This document shows positions 51,345 to 60,416 of a stretch of 64,000 nucleotides of DNA, in pieces. This stretch comes from Nitrospirota bacterium (GTDB lineage: Bacteria; Nitrospirota; UBA9217): assembly GCA_963754875.1 (NCBI GenBank), contig CAVWHO010000010.1, positions 32,001-96,000 of the forward strand. The letters are read 5' to 3'. Position 1 is the stretch's first letter, and every line of letters begins with the position of its first letter. A model generated the notes under the pieces. It ran no database searches. It had not been told where the DNA came from and saw only the letters and a list, made by a program, of their open reading frames with translations. A program made the translations under genes and the position numbers.

Positions 51345-52562
51345 GTGGAACAACGTGACCTCTTGTTCGGCAGGAAGATACTGCTCGGGGTGACCGGCAG
51401 TATCGCCGCATACAAGGCAGCCGAGATTCTGCGCAGGCTCAGGGACCGGGGGGCCGAAGTCCGCGTGGCAATGACAAAAAACGCCGCTTCTTTCGTTTCA
51501 CGCCTCACCTTCGAAACCTTGAGCGGTTTGCCGGTGCTGAGCGAAGAGTTCGCGCCCGAAGAACGGACCTCGATCGGACACATCGAGATCACGAATGGAC
51601 TGGACCTTGCCCTTATCGCACCGGCGACGGCCAACGTCATTGGAAAGCTTGCAGCAGGTATAGCAGACGATTCATTGACGACGGCCATCATGGCGAGTGA
51701 CTGCCCAATGATGATCGCTCCTGCCATGAACGAAAGAATGTATCACAACCCCGTCCTTCGCAGGAACATCGACACGCTGACCGGGATGGGCGTTAAGTTC
51801 ATAGAACCCGAAAGCGGCAGCCTGGCATGCGGCGTTATTGGTGAGGGCAGGCTTGCGGATACGGACAGGATCATTCGGGAAGTTACTTCCCTATTCGCGC
51901 CAAAAGACCTCGCAGGCCAAACGGTACTTGTGACCGCAGGCCCGACTCGGGAGTCCATCGACGCTGTCCGGTTTATCAGCAATCCATCAACCGGGAAAAT
52001 GGGATATGCGCTTGCGGCTGCTGCAAAGGAGCGGGGCGCTGACGTCGTCCTTATTTCTGGTCCTACCCAGTTGCGTCCACCACAGGACGTGCGGGTCATC
52101 CCCGTTGTCAGTGCCGGAGACATGCACACTGCGGTCAAAGAACAGGCGCGGCACAGCACGATCGTTATCATGGCGGCAGCAGTGTCCGATTTTACCCCCC
52201 TCCAGAAGTTCGACCGGAAGATCAAAAAAGACAACGCTCCGACGTCCTTGCAGCTTAAGCGTACCGTGGATATCCTGCGTGAACTCGGAACGGACAAGGG
52301 AGAGCTCTTGCTCGTCGGGTTCGCTGCTGAAACAGATAATGTGGAGCAGAATGCAATTCGGAAATTAAAAGACAAAAATCTCGATATGATCGTTGTGAAC
52401 GATGTCCTCCGGTTTGGAGCAGGGTTCGGTGCTGATACCAATGCTGTTACGATCATCGATTGGACAGGAAAAAGAACCGAGCTGCCGATAATGCCGAAGG
52501 ATGAAGTTGCCCGCATCATCATAAACACCATTATACAGATCACGAAGCAAAAAGCTCACTGA
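51345..52562 (+). CDS. coaBC: Bifunctional PPC decarboxylase / PPC synthetase
   Basis: GVTGSIAAYK, APAMN, LACG, TAGPTRE.ID.VRFISN.STGKMG, VGFAAET. Confidence 0.98.
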   Translation: MEQRDLLFGRKILLGVTGSIAAYKAAEILRRLRDRGAEVRVAMTKNAASFVSRLTFETLSGLPVLSEEFAPEERTSIGHIEITNGLDLALIAPATANVIGKLAAGIADDSLTTAIMASDCPMMIAPAMNERMYHNPVLRRNIDTLTGMGVKFIEPESGSLACGVIGEGRLADTDRIIREVTSLFAPKDLAGQTVLVTAGPTRESIDAVRFISNPSTGKMGYALAAAAKERGADVVLISGPTQLRPPQDVRVIPVVSAGDMHTAVKEQARHSTIVIMAAAVSDFTPLQKFDRKIKKDNAPTSLQLKRTVDILRELGTDKGELLLVGFAAETDNVEQNAIRKLKDKNLDMIVVNDVLRFGAGFGADTNAVTIIDWTGKRTELPIMPKDEVARIIINTIIQITKQKAH

Positions 52563-52611
52563 CTTCGCTTACTCCAATCCGTGACGGTCTCCTCCATAGT
52601 TTCGATGATTC

Positions 52612-52640
52612 TTGACAAATAAAATTTGTCAACCTATAAT
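52612..52640 (+). promoter_or_regulatory. Consensus sigma70 promoter overlapped by a palindromic operator
   Basis: TTGACA-17 bp-TATAAT; TTGACAAAT-AAA-ATTTGTCAA inverted repeat. Confidence 0.75.
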
Positions 52641-52693
52641 GACACTTATGGGAAATTCTATTTCTGTCAGGGCACGAAGTGAACGGGATCGAA

Positions 52694-53143
52694 ATGGATA
52701 ATTTTGAGCTGTTGCAGAAGACGGTCCTCTTTAAAGGCAGCAGCAAAGACGAACTGGATATCGTCATGGGGCTGTTCCAGGAACGTCAAATCAAGCAGAA
52801 TGCCACCATTTTTACGGAAAAGATGCCGGCGGAAGCACTCTATATCGTAAAAAGCGGCACCGTCAAGATCACGATGATGGCAGGAGAAGGAGAAGAATTG
52901 GGACTTCTGCTCCTGGGACCCGGAGAATTTTTCGGAGAGCTTGCTCTGGTGCAGGAGGATGTCAGGCTCGTGAACGCACGTGCCGAAACAGCACTGGATC
53001 TTCTTCTGCTCACGCGAAAAGATTTTCAGGCGCTTCTCGACCTCGAGCCGCGTATGGGCGCACGGATGCTCACTGTCATTTCGAAACTGCTCGCCATGCG
53101 TGTTAAAGCGTATAATGAAAGGTTCAAGGAACTCCTCCTCTAA
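52694..53143 (+). CDS. Stand-alone cyclic nucleotide-binding domain protein
   Basis: LYIVKSGTVKI, GEFFGELAL..R..NARA; no HTH; alternative GTG start at 52679. Confidence 0.88.
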   Translation: MDNFELLQKTVLFKGSSKDELDIVMGLFQERQIKQNATIFTEKMPAEALYIVKSGTVKITMMAGEGEELGLLLLGPGEFFGELALVQEDVRLVNARAETALDLLLLTRKDFQALLDLEPRMGARMLTVISKLLAMRVKAYNERFKELLL

Positions 53144-54097
53144 TGATCCTGGCAGGGATCGACATCGGTACCAATACCCTTCGACTGCTCATTGCTGATA
53201 CTGGCCCCGGTTCCTTTCGAGAGCTGATTTCTGACAGGAAAATAACACGTCTTGGACAGGACCTTGATCGGTACGGCGTATTATCTTCTGAAGCCATGGA
53301 GCGGTCCTTTAAGGCGCTCGTTGCGTTTCAAAACATCATCCGGCAGCAGGGAGCGCGTTATACCGCTGCAATCGGCACGAGCGCACTGAGAAGGGCGGGA
53401 AACTCATCTGTCTTTGTCGATCGAGTACGGAATCAGACGGGACTGGTTGTTCGTGTCGTCAGCGGCGAAGAAGAGGCACGGCTCACACTGCTGGGGGTAG
53501 AACAGTCGCTCGGGGCGCCGAACGGAATGCGCAGCACCGCTCTCGAGGCTGCGTTCGTCGTGGACATCGGAGGCGGCAGCACAGAGATCATCGTTACCCA
53601 TCCGGACAGAATGCCTGTAATTGCGAGCTTACCGCTCGGAGCCGTATTTCTTACCGATCGGTTCATAAAGCACGATCCTCCTTCACCTGAGGATCTGGCC
53701 CGTCTCAGACATTCCGTCTGTGAAGAGCTTGATGCCGGTGCAGGAAGGTTTCAGCCTGCCGTGAACAGTATTTGTATCGGCACTGCCGGTACTATTACGA
53801 CACTGGCTGCGATTGACCAGGGACTTGCGCACTATGATCCCGCAAAAATCAATCAATCAGTACTGACCCGTGAGTTCATCAACGCTGTCGTTCAGAAACT
53901 GGGGGCATCGACGCTTGAAGAGCGAAAGAAAATTCGTCGGACTGGAAGCGGGCAGGGAAGATATCATTCTTGCCGGGTCGATCGTAATTCAAGAGATCAT
54001 GCACCGCTTCGATTTCGACTCCCTGATCGTAAGTGACTGGGGTTTGCGGGAGGGTATCGTTATCGACTTGTTCGAAAGACTGCATAAACGCCATTAA
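53143..54097 (+). CDS. ppx: Ppx/GppA-family phosphatase; one indel near 53935
   Basis: IDIGTNTLR, SGEEEARL, DIGGGSTE, GTAGT, GLREG. Confidence 0.9.
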
Positions 54098-54238
54098 TTG
54101 CAAACACGCAGAGAGCTATGCAGACTCATAATACAGTAACTTAGCGAGGGTATCACCGCATGCTCATCGAAAAGATCACAGAAGTCACTTGTCTCCCGCA
54201 GGGTGCGTTGCGGGATGCAGGAGAAGAGGTTTTACAAC

Positions 54239-55634
54239 ATGCAGGAAGCCCGCATATTGATCATGGACGACGAGGAACAGGAGCGCCGCAGGATTGAAGC
54301 GCACCTGGTAAAGCAAGGGTACGATGTGGTTGGTGTCGCCACAGTACCCGAGGCCGTCGAGGCGATTAGGCGCGACCGTTTCGAGGTATTCCTGACCGAC
54401 TGCAATATCCCCGGCGTTGACGCGCTCAAAACGTCCGACGAAGTGCGCAGAATAAACCCAGACCTGGCAGTGATCATCATGACCGCTTTCGGAACCATCG
54501 AGACCGCAGTGAAGGCCATTAAAGCCGGCGCTTACGATTATCTTCCGAAACCGCTGGACCTTGACCAACTCGTTGTCCTCATCGGCCGAATATCGGAACG
54601 GCAGAACCTGATCCGTGAGAACTCAGAGCTTAAAGAGCGCTTGCGGGAACGCTACAAGTTCGACGAGATCGTGAGCACCAGCAGTGCAATGGAAGAGGTA
54701 CTGAATCTTGCCGGCAGGGTAGCCGGAAGCAATGCCACCGTACTTATTCGAGGAAAGAGCGGTACCGGCAAGGAATTGCTCGCCAAGGCGATTCATTATC
54801 ACAGCCTCCGGGCAAATTTCCCGCTGATCAAGGTGAATTGCGCCGCTTTGCCGGAAACACTCCTCGAAAGCGAACTTTTTGGCCACGAGAAAGGAGCCTT
54901 TACCGGTGCGACTGTACGCAGGATCGGAAGGTTCGAAGCAGCGGACAAGGGGACCCTGTTCCTCGACGAGATCGGCGAACTGACGCCGGGGATGCAGGTG
55001 AAACTTCTCCGTGTGCTTCAGGAACACGAATTCGAACGCGTCGGCGGCAACCAGACCATCAAGACGGACGTCCGGCTGATCGCCGCTACGAACAAGGACA
55101 TCGAAAAAGCGATCAGGGAAGGTTCGTTCAGGGAAGATCTTTACTACCGGTTGAATGTCGTGTCCGTCGTGATTCCTCCGCTTCATGAGACGAAAAGAAG
55201 ACATCCCGGGGCTGATGGATTTTTTTATTAAAAAGTACGGAGAGGAGAACAGGAAACATATTACCGGCATGTCGGCCGATGCGCGGGACCTGCTGATGCG
55301 CTATAACTATCCCGGCAATGTTCGCGAACTGGAAAATATCATCGAACGGGCCGTGGTCCTGGCAAAAAAGGGACTCATCACGGCTCAAGACCTCCCGATC
55401 CACGTCCAGGCAGTCATGGAAGAAGGAAGAGCTCCACTTGCTAACCTGAAAGGCTCGTTGCATGAAACACTTAACACCGTGGAACGCGGCCTTATTCTCG
55501 ACGCGTTGAAAGAAACAGGTGGTGTCCAGACGCGGGCCGCAGAGCGGCTCGGTATTAGCGAGCGCGTGCTGAGGTATAAATTAAAGAAGTACAGTATAAA
55601 GGATGAGGGAGGGCATGCCGGTACAAAAACCTGA
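54239..55634 (+). CDS. Sigma54-dependent NtrC/AtoC-family response regulator; one indel near 55190
   Basis: Receiver domain, [27 protein letters not shown]. Confidence 0.93.
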
Positions 55635-55853
55635 CGTTCTTTGCACCGTCATGCCATGCGGGAGATGGTGTCCTCTGTTTGCGAGACGGTATGATCCGCC
55701 GGACGACTCGCGGGAGGCTTTGCCTGCTAGGGAGGATTCCCGTGTTCGACGGTGGGGGCTTGACTTGTTGGTATGCGAACCGAAAGAGATTTCAAAATAC
55801 TGTTCAACCCGGTTTATATTCCGCGTTGCAGCGGCTGGTCCAGATTATCGGTA

Positions 55854-56180
55854 TTATCTATGGCAACGAGTGCAGTTTTTTGGGTCCTTGACGTCGAAAC
55901 CTTTCTGACCGTTGTGGCACTTCCCGCAGAAGTCCCCCTTGGTAATTTTGCTCATGTCCATTTTGTATGATCCCTGGGCCATCTGGAATATCTGGTAATG
56001 ACATCCTGTGCATTTCAGGCCCTGTCCGTTAACATGCTTGTCATGGCTGAATACGACCGGTGAGGCATTTTGGGGCGTGAAGGTCAAGTCTCCACCGCCG
56101 ACCTTTTGTCCAAAAACGCTGAAGGGAATCGTCAGACAGACAGCCACGATCAATGCAATAATCAACCTCTTGCTTTTCAT
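55854..56180 (-). CDS. c7-type triheme cytochrome c
   Basis: Signal peptide; VVFSHDKH; CTGCH, CGKCH, CTRCH; SD GGGGGAGG. Confidence 0.92.
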   Translation of the reverse strand: MKSKRLIIALIVAVCLTIPFSVFGQKVGGGDLTFTPQNASPVVFSHDKHVNGQGLKCTGCHYQIFQMAQGSYKMDMSKITKGDFCGKCHNGQKGFDVKDPKNCTRCHR

Positions 56181-56385
56181 TTAATTCTTCCTCCCCCTTG
56201 AGATGCGTTCACAGAATACAACAGTTTGCAAAATTTTGTGCATTATAGCAAGACACTATGCATTGTTCAAGTACTTTCTCTCGAACAACTCGTTACCGGG
56301 CTCCCCATTTGTCCCGTCCCCTAGAGGAAATCTGTTATAATAAAATCATACGATTTCGCTATCTTAGCGTTAAGAAGGGGAAAAA

Positions 56386-57147
56386 ATGCTATCCGATCTC
56401 TCATTGGCAGCAATACGGAAAATTACTGGGGAGCTCAAAAAACCGGTCAGATTTATCATATTCACGACTGATTTTGGTTGCGAGTCCTGCCCCGATATGG
56501 TGGAACTTGGCATGGCGATCAAGAAACACTGGGGCAAAATCGCCCTCGAAACGTACGATGTGGTCATGGACAGAGACAAAGCGCAGCTCTACGGCATCAA
56601 GCTGACCCCAACTATCATCGTCCAGAGCGGGGATGGTCAGTGGGCGGCGTTTGCCGGGTACCTTGAGGACACTATCCTTGAAGTGCTGCTATCAACTATC
56701 ATGGCGCTTTCAGGGGGGAAAGTATGGTTCCCGGAAAATATCATACGCGCCCTCGGTCATCTATCTCATGACGTGAAGATACGCGTGTTCGTGGAAAGCG
56801 ACTGTACGCAATGCCGCCCTGTTGCTGAAACGGCAATCGGGCTTGCCCTCACGAGCAGTTTTATCTCTGCGGAGATTGTTGTTGCAAGCGAATATCCGGA
56901 CCTCGTAAAAAAGTTCAGCATTGCCACGCTGCCGCTGACGATCTTCGGAGAGAACCTTCAAATGAGTGGTCATGTTACAGAGGGACAGTTTATCGAGATG
57001 ATCTTTCAGGCAGAGGGAATCAAACCGGGGCCGGACAAGCGGTGCCTAATCTGCGGCAATTCCTCCCCCGATGTAATCTGCGCTTCATGTAAGACCAAGA
57101 TCGAAGCTGAGGCAAGGGACCACAAGCTGAAAAGCGAAAAAAAATGA
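56386..57147 (+). CDS. Protein disulfide oxidoreductase (two thioredoxin folds) with C-terminal Cys4 motif
   Basis: CESC and CTQC motifs, TP/LP cis-Pro positions, CLIC...CASC tail. Confidence 0.75.
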   Translation: MLSDLSLAAIRKITGELKKPVRFIIFTTDFGCESCPDMVELGMAIKKHWGKIALETYDVVMDRDKAQLYGIKLTPTIIVQSGDGQWAAFAGYLEDTILEVLLSTIMALSGGKVWFPENIIRALGHLSHDVKIRVFVESDCTQCRPVAETAIGLALTSSFISAEIVVASEYPDLVKKFSIATLPLTIFGENLQMSGHVTEGQFIEMIFQAEGIKPGPDKRCLICGNSSPDVICASCKTKIEAEARDHKLKSEKK

Positions 57148-57277
57148 GGCACTCAGAATCGTTCTAAACGCCCGTGAAGAACCACGGTTCTCTTTTCGAT
57201 GAGGCCTCCGACAGCCTGTTTGGTCGTCGAAGAGATTCTGTCCTTTATTCTCAGGTTGCTGACAAGGAGATGTCATC

Positions 57278-58288
57278 GTGAAGCAGGCAATGTTTCAGGA
57301 ACCAAGGGAAGACAAGAAAGTGCGGTGCAGCCTCTGCAGCCACCGCTGCCTGATCGCATCGGGCAAACGCGGCATTTGCGCCGTGCGCGAGAACCGCGAC
57401 GGCGTGCTGTATAGCCTCGTCTACGATAAAGTGATAGCGCAAAATATCGATCCCATCGAGAAAAAGCCCCTCTTCCATTTCCTGCCGGGCAGCCGTTCCT
57501 TTTCCATCGCAACACCGGGCTGCAATTTTCACTGCAAACACTGCCAGAACGCCGACATTTCACAGCTCCCCCATGACCACGGAGGCGTCATCGTAGGTGA
57601 TAATATTCCGCCCGCCGCGATCGTAGAGTCAGCCCAAACACAGCGTTGCAAGAGCATTTCCTACACCTACACCGAGCCGACGATCTATTTCGAATTGGCC
57701 TATGATACAGCGCGACTCGCTGCCGAAGCCGGCCTCAAGAACGTGTTCGTTACGAACGGCTATATAACGCCCGAAGCTCTGAACGTGATCCGGCCTTATC
57801 TCCATGCCGCAAACATTGACCTCAAAGGATTCAGCGACGAATTCTATAAGCATATCTGCGGTGCGCGGCTCCAACCAGTACTGGACGCCATCAGACTCTA
57901 CAAAGAACTCGGTATCTGGATCGAGATCACAACACTGGTTATTCCCGGTCATAACGATTCAGACGAGCAACTGACCTCAATCGCGCAGTTCATCAAATCG
58001 GTGGGCGAGGATATCCCGTGGCATGTGTCCAGATTCTATCCCACGTACAAGCTTGTTGACCAGCCCGTTACACCGCTGGCTACGCTCACACGTGCACGTC
58101 AGATCGGCATCGACGCCGGACTCTTGCATGTTTACGAAGGCAATGTCCCCGGACAGGGTGAAGACACTATCTGTCCCGGTTGTAAACAGACGGTCGTGAA
58201 ACGTATCGGATTTACGGTGCAGGAAAACCAAATTATCGACGGCAAGTGTAAACAGTGCAAGACGAAGATCGCCGGAGTGTGGGAATAA
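57278..58288 (+). CDS. amrS: AmmeMemoRadiSam system radical SAM enzyme
   Basis: CSLCSHRC...G.CAVREN, DPIEKKPLFHF.PG, GCNFHCKHCQN, SYTYTEP. Confidence 0.93.
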   Translation: MKQAMFQEPREDKKVRCSLCSHRCLIASGKRGICAVRENRDGVLYSLVYDKVIAQNIDPIEKKPLFHFLPGSRSFSIATPGCNFHCKHCQNADISQLPHDHGGVIVGDNIPPAAIVESAQTQRCKSISYTYTEPTIYFELAYDTARLAAEAGLKNVFVTNGYITPEALNVIRPYLHAANIDLKGFSDEFYKHICGARLQPVLDAIRLYKELGIWIEITTLVIPGHNDSDEQLTSIAQFIKSVGEDIPWHVSRFYPTYKLVDQPVTPLATLTRARQIGIDAGLLHVYEGNVPGQGEDTICPGCKQTVVKRIGFTVQENQIIDGKCKQCKTKIAGVWE

Positions 58289-58374
58289 GGCCGGGAAAAC
58301 GGGAGGCAAGTGTTAGGAAGCCAGGGGCGACCTCCGTGACAGGCCTGAACAATGGTAAAGCACGAGGAATAATT

Positions 58375-58791
58375 TTGGCATTACGGCACGAGACATTCGA
58401 ACATGAGGCCGACATCGGCATACGCGGGTTCGGCAGCAATATAGAAGAAGCCTTTGAGGCTGCGGCCATGGCGATGTATTCAGTGATGGTAAAGATTGAA
58501 GCAATAAAGCCGCTGGAACAGAAGAACGTTACGGCCTCGGCACCCGATCGAGAACTCCTGCTGGTGGAATGGTTGAATGCGCTATTGTCCTTGACGGATA
58601 TGGAACGCATGGTTTTTTCAAAGTTTGCAGTGAGGATTGAGGGGTCTTCGCTTACGGGCACGGCATGGGGTGAAAGACTGGACCGGGTTCGACACGAACC
58701 GAATGTGGAAGTGAAAGGCGCTACGTACCATATGCTGAAGGTCGGTAAAGACGACGACAGGTACGTGGCCCAGTGCGTGGTCGATGTCTAA
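58375..58791 (+). CDS. Archease
   Basis: FEHEADIGIRG, LLVEWLN, EVKGATYH, C-terminal VVDV. Confidence 0.93.
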   Translation: MALRHETFEHEADIGIRGFGSNIEEAFEAAAMAMYSVMVKIEAIKPLEQKNVTASAPDRELLLVEWLNALLSLTDMERMVFSKFAVRIEGSSLTGTAWGERLDRVRHEPNVEVKGATYHMLKVGKDDDRYVAQCVVDV

Positions 58792-58863
58792 CAGTGCGAA
58801 TTTCAGAATGCAGAATAAATAAGGCAAGGCCTGTCTCGTACTGCAGCACCGGAAGGGCGAGAA

Positions 58864-60296
58864 TTGGATCTCAAATCCCTGCATAAAATCAGCGATTTTC
58901 TCTGGGAAATCCCACAGCACGGAGAGATGCGGTCCCCGGCAGGATCTTTGCCAGCGAGAAACTCATCCAGGAGATGGACGAGAAGGTCAGGGAGCAGGTG
59001 ACGAACGTTGCCATGCTGCCGGGCATTCAGGTCGCCTCGATCGCGATGCCCGATGCACATTGGGGCTACGGTTTTCCCATAGGCGGGGTCGCTGCGTTTG
59101 ATCCCGACGAGGGCGGAATCATATCCATGGGAGGCGTGGGCTTCGATATTTCCTGCGGCGTGCGCACGATGAAGACGGGCATGACCCGCGATGAGGTAAT
59201 GCCCCGTCTCAAGACGCTCGTTGACCAGTTCTTCAACCGCGTGCCTGCAGGTGTAGGGTCGGAAGGGCTCATCAAGCTCTCTCCCGGCCAGATCGATGAA
59301 ATGCTTTTGGGCGGCGCGGTCTGGGCAATCAAGAAAGGCTACGGCATCAAGGATGACCTCGACTATATGGAAGAACACGGACGCGTGGACGGCGCAGAGC
59401 CGGAGCATGTCTCCGACACGGCCAAGAAACGGCAGTACCGCGAGATGGGTACGCTCGGTTCGGGCAACCATTATCTCGAAGTGCAGGTGGTCTCGGAGGT
59501 GTACGATGAACAGGCCGCGCATGGCCATGGGCTTACGAAAGGATGACGTCGTGATCACGGTCCACTGCGGATCGCGCGGCCTCGGTCACCAGGTCGGGAC
59601 CGATTATTTAAAGAGTCTTGCCAACGCAGCGCAGCGGTTTAAACTGCCTATCAGGGACCGGGAACTCGCTTCGGCGCCCATAGAATCACCGGAAGGCAAG
59701 AAGTACTTCGGCGCCATGAGCGCCGGCATCAACTGCGCGCTTGCGAACCGCCAGATCATCACCCATCTGGTGAGGGAAATCTTCACCGAGGTCTTTCCCG
59801 AAGGGTACATCAAGATGCTCTACGACATCAGCCACAACACCTGTAAAGTCGAGACGCATACGATCAACGGCAAGAAGAAAACAGTGTATGTTCATCGCAA
59901 AGGCGCCACGCGGGCCTTCGGTCCGGGCCAGATCGATCTTCCCGCAGGAATACCGGCATGTTGGTCAGCCCGTACTCATTGGCGGGACTATGGGCACGTC
60001 ATCCTATATCCTCGTCGGAACGGAGGCAGGTATGCAGAACGCCTTCGGGTCTGCCTGCCACGGCGCGGGAAGGGCCATGTCACGGACTCAGGCGAAAAAG
60101 AAGTGGCACGGCAGAGACGTCATTCCGACTACTCGAAGAGCAAGGTGTCATGATCCGAGGTCATTCGTATTCCGGTATCGCAGAGGAGGCGCCCGACTCC
60201 TATAAAGACGTGTCAGAGGTCGTCGAAGCAGCGCACCAGGCAGGCCTCGCACGCAAGGTCGTCAGGGTAAAACCGATTGCCTGTGTCAAGGGGTAG
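58864..60296 (+). CDS. rtcB: RtcB RNA ligase, split by four indels (~58932, ~59523, ~59944, ~60126)
   Basis: [62 protein letters not shown] all present across frames. Confidence 0.92.
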
Positions 60297-60416
60297 AGGT
60301 TTCTCGTTGCATTCTGCAAGACGACCCATCTCGTTCAACAACCCATCACTGTTCAAGCGAAAGCACTCTTTCTTCCCTCGACAAACTCCGTAAAATACTC
60401 TAATATTGTCCGTGGC

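Noticed and set aside
54239..55634. Sigma54 activator as RtcR for the nearby rtcB
   Set aside because: It has a phospho-receiver N-terminus, not a CARF domain
56215..56270. Possible sigma54 -24/-12 promoter upstream of the c7 cytochrome
   Set aside because: TTGC elements are present, but the required GG at the correct spacing is absent
58864..60296. Programmed frameshifting or an intein/intron in rtcB
   Set aside because: No slippery-site or SD cassette seen and no extra length; four scattered single-base indels fit sequencing error better
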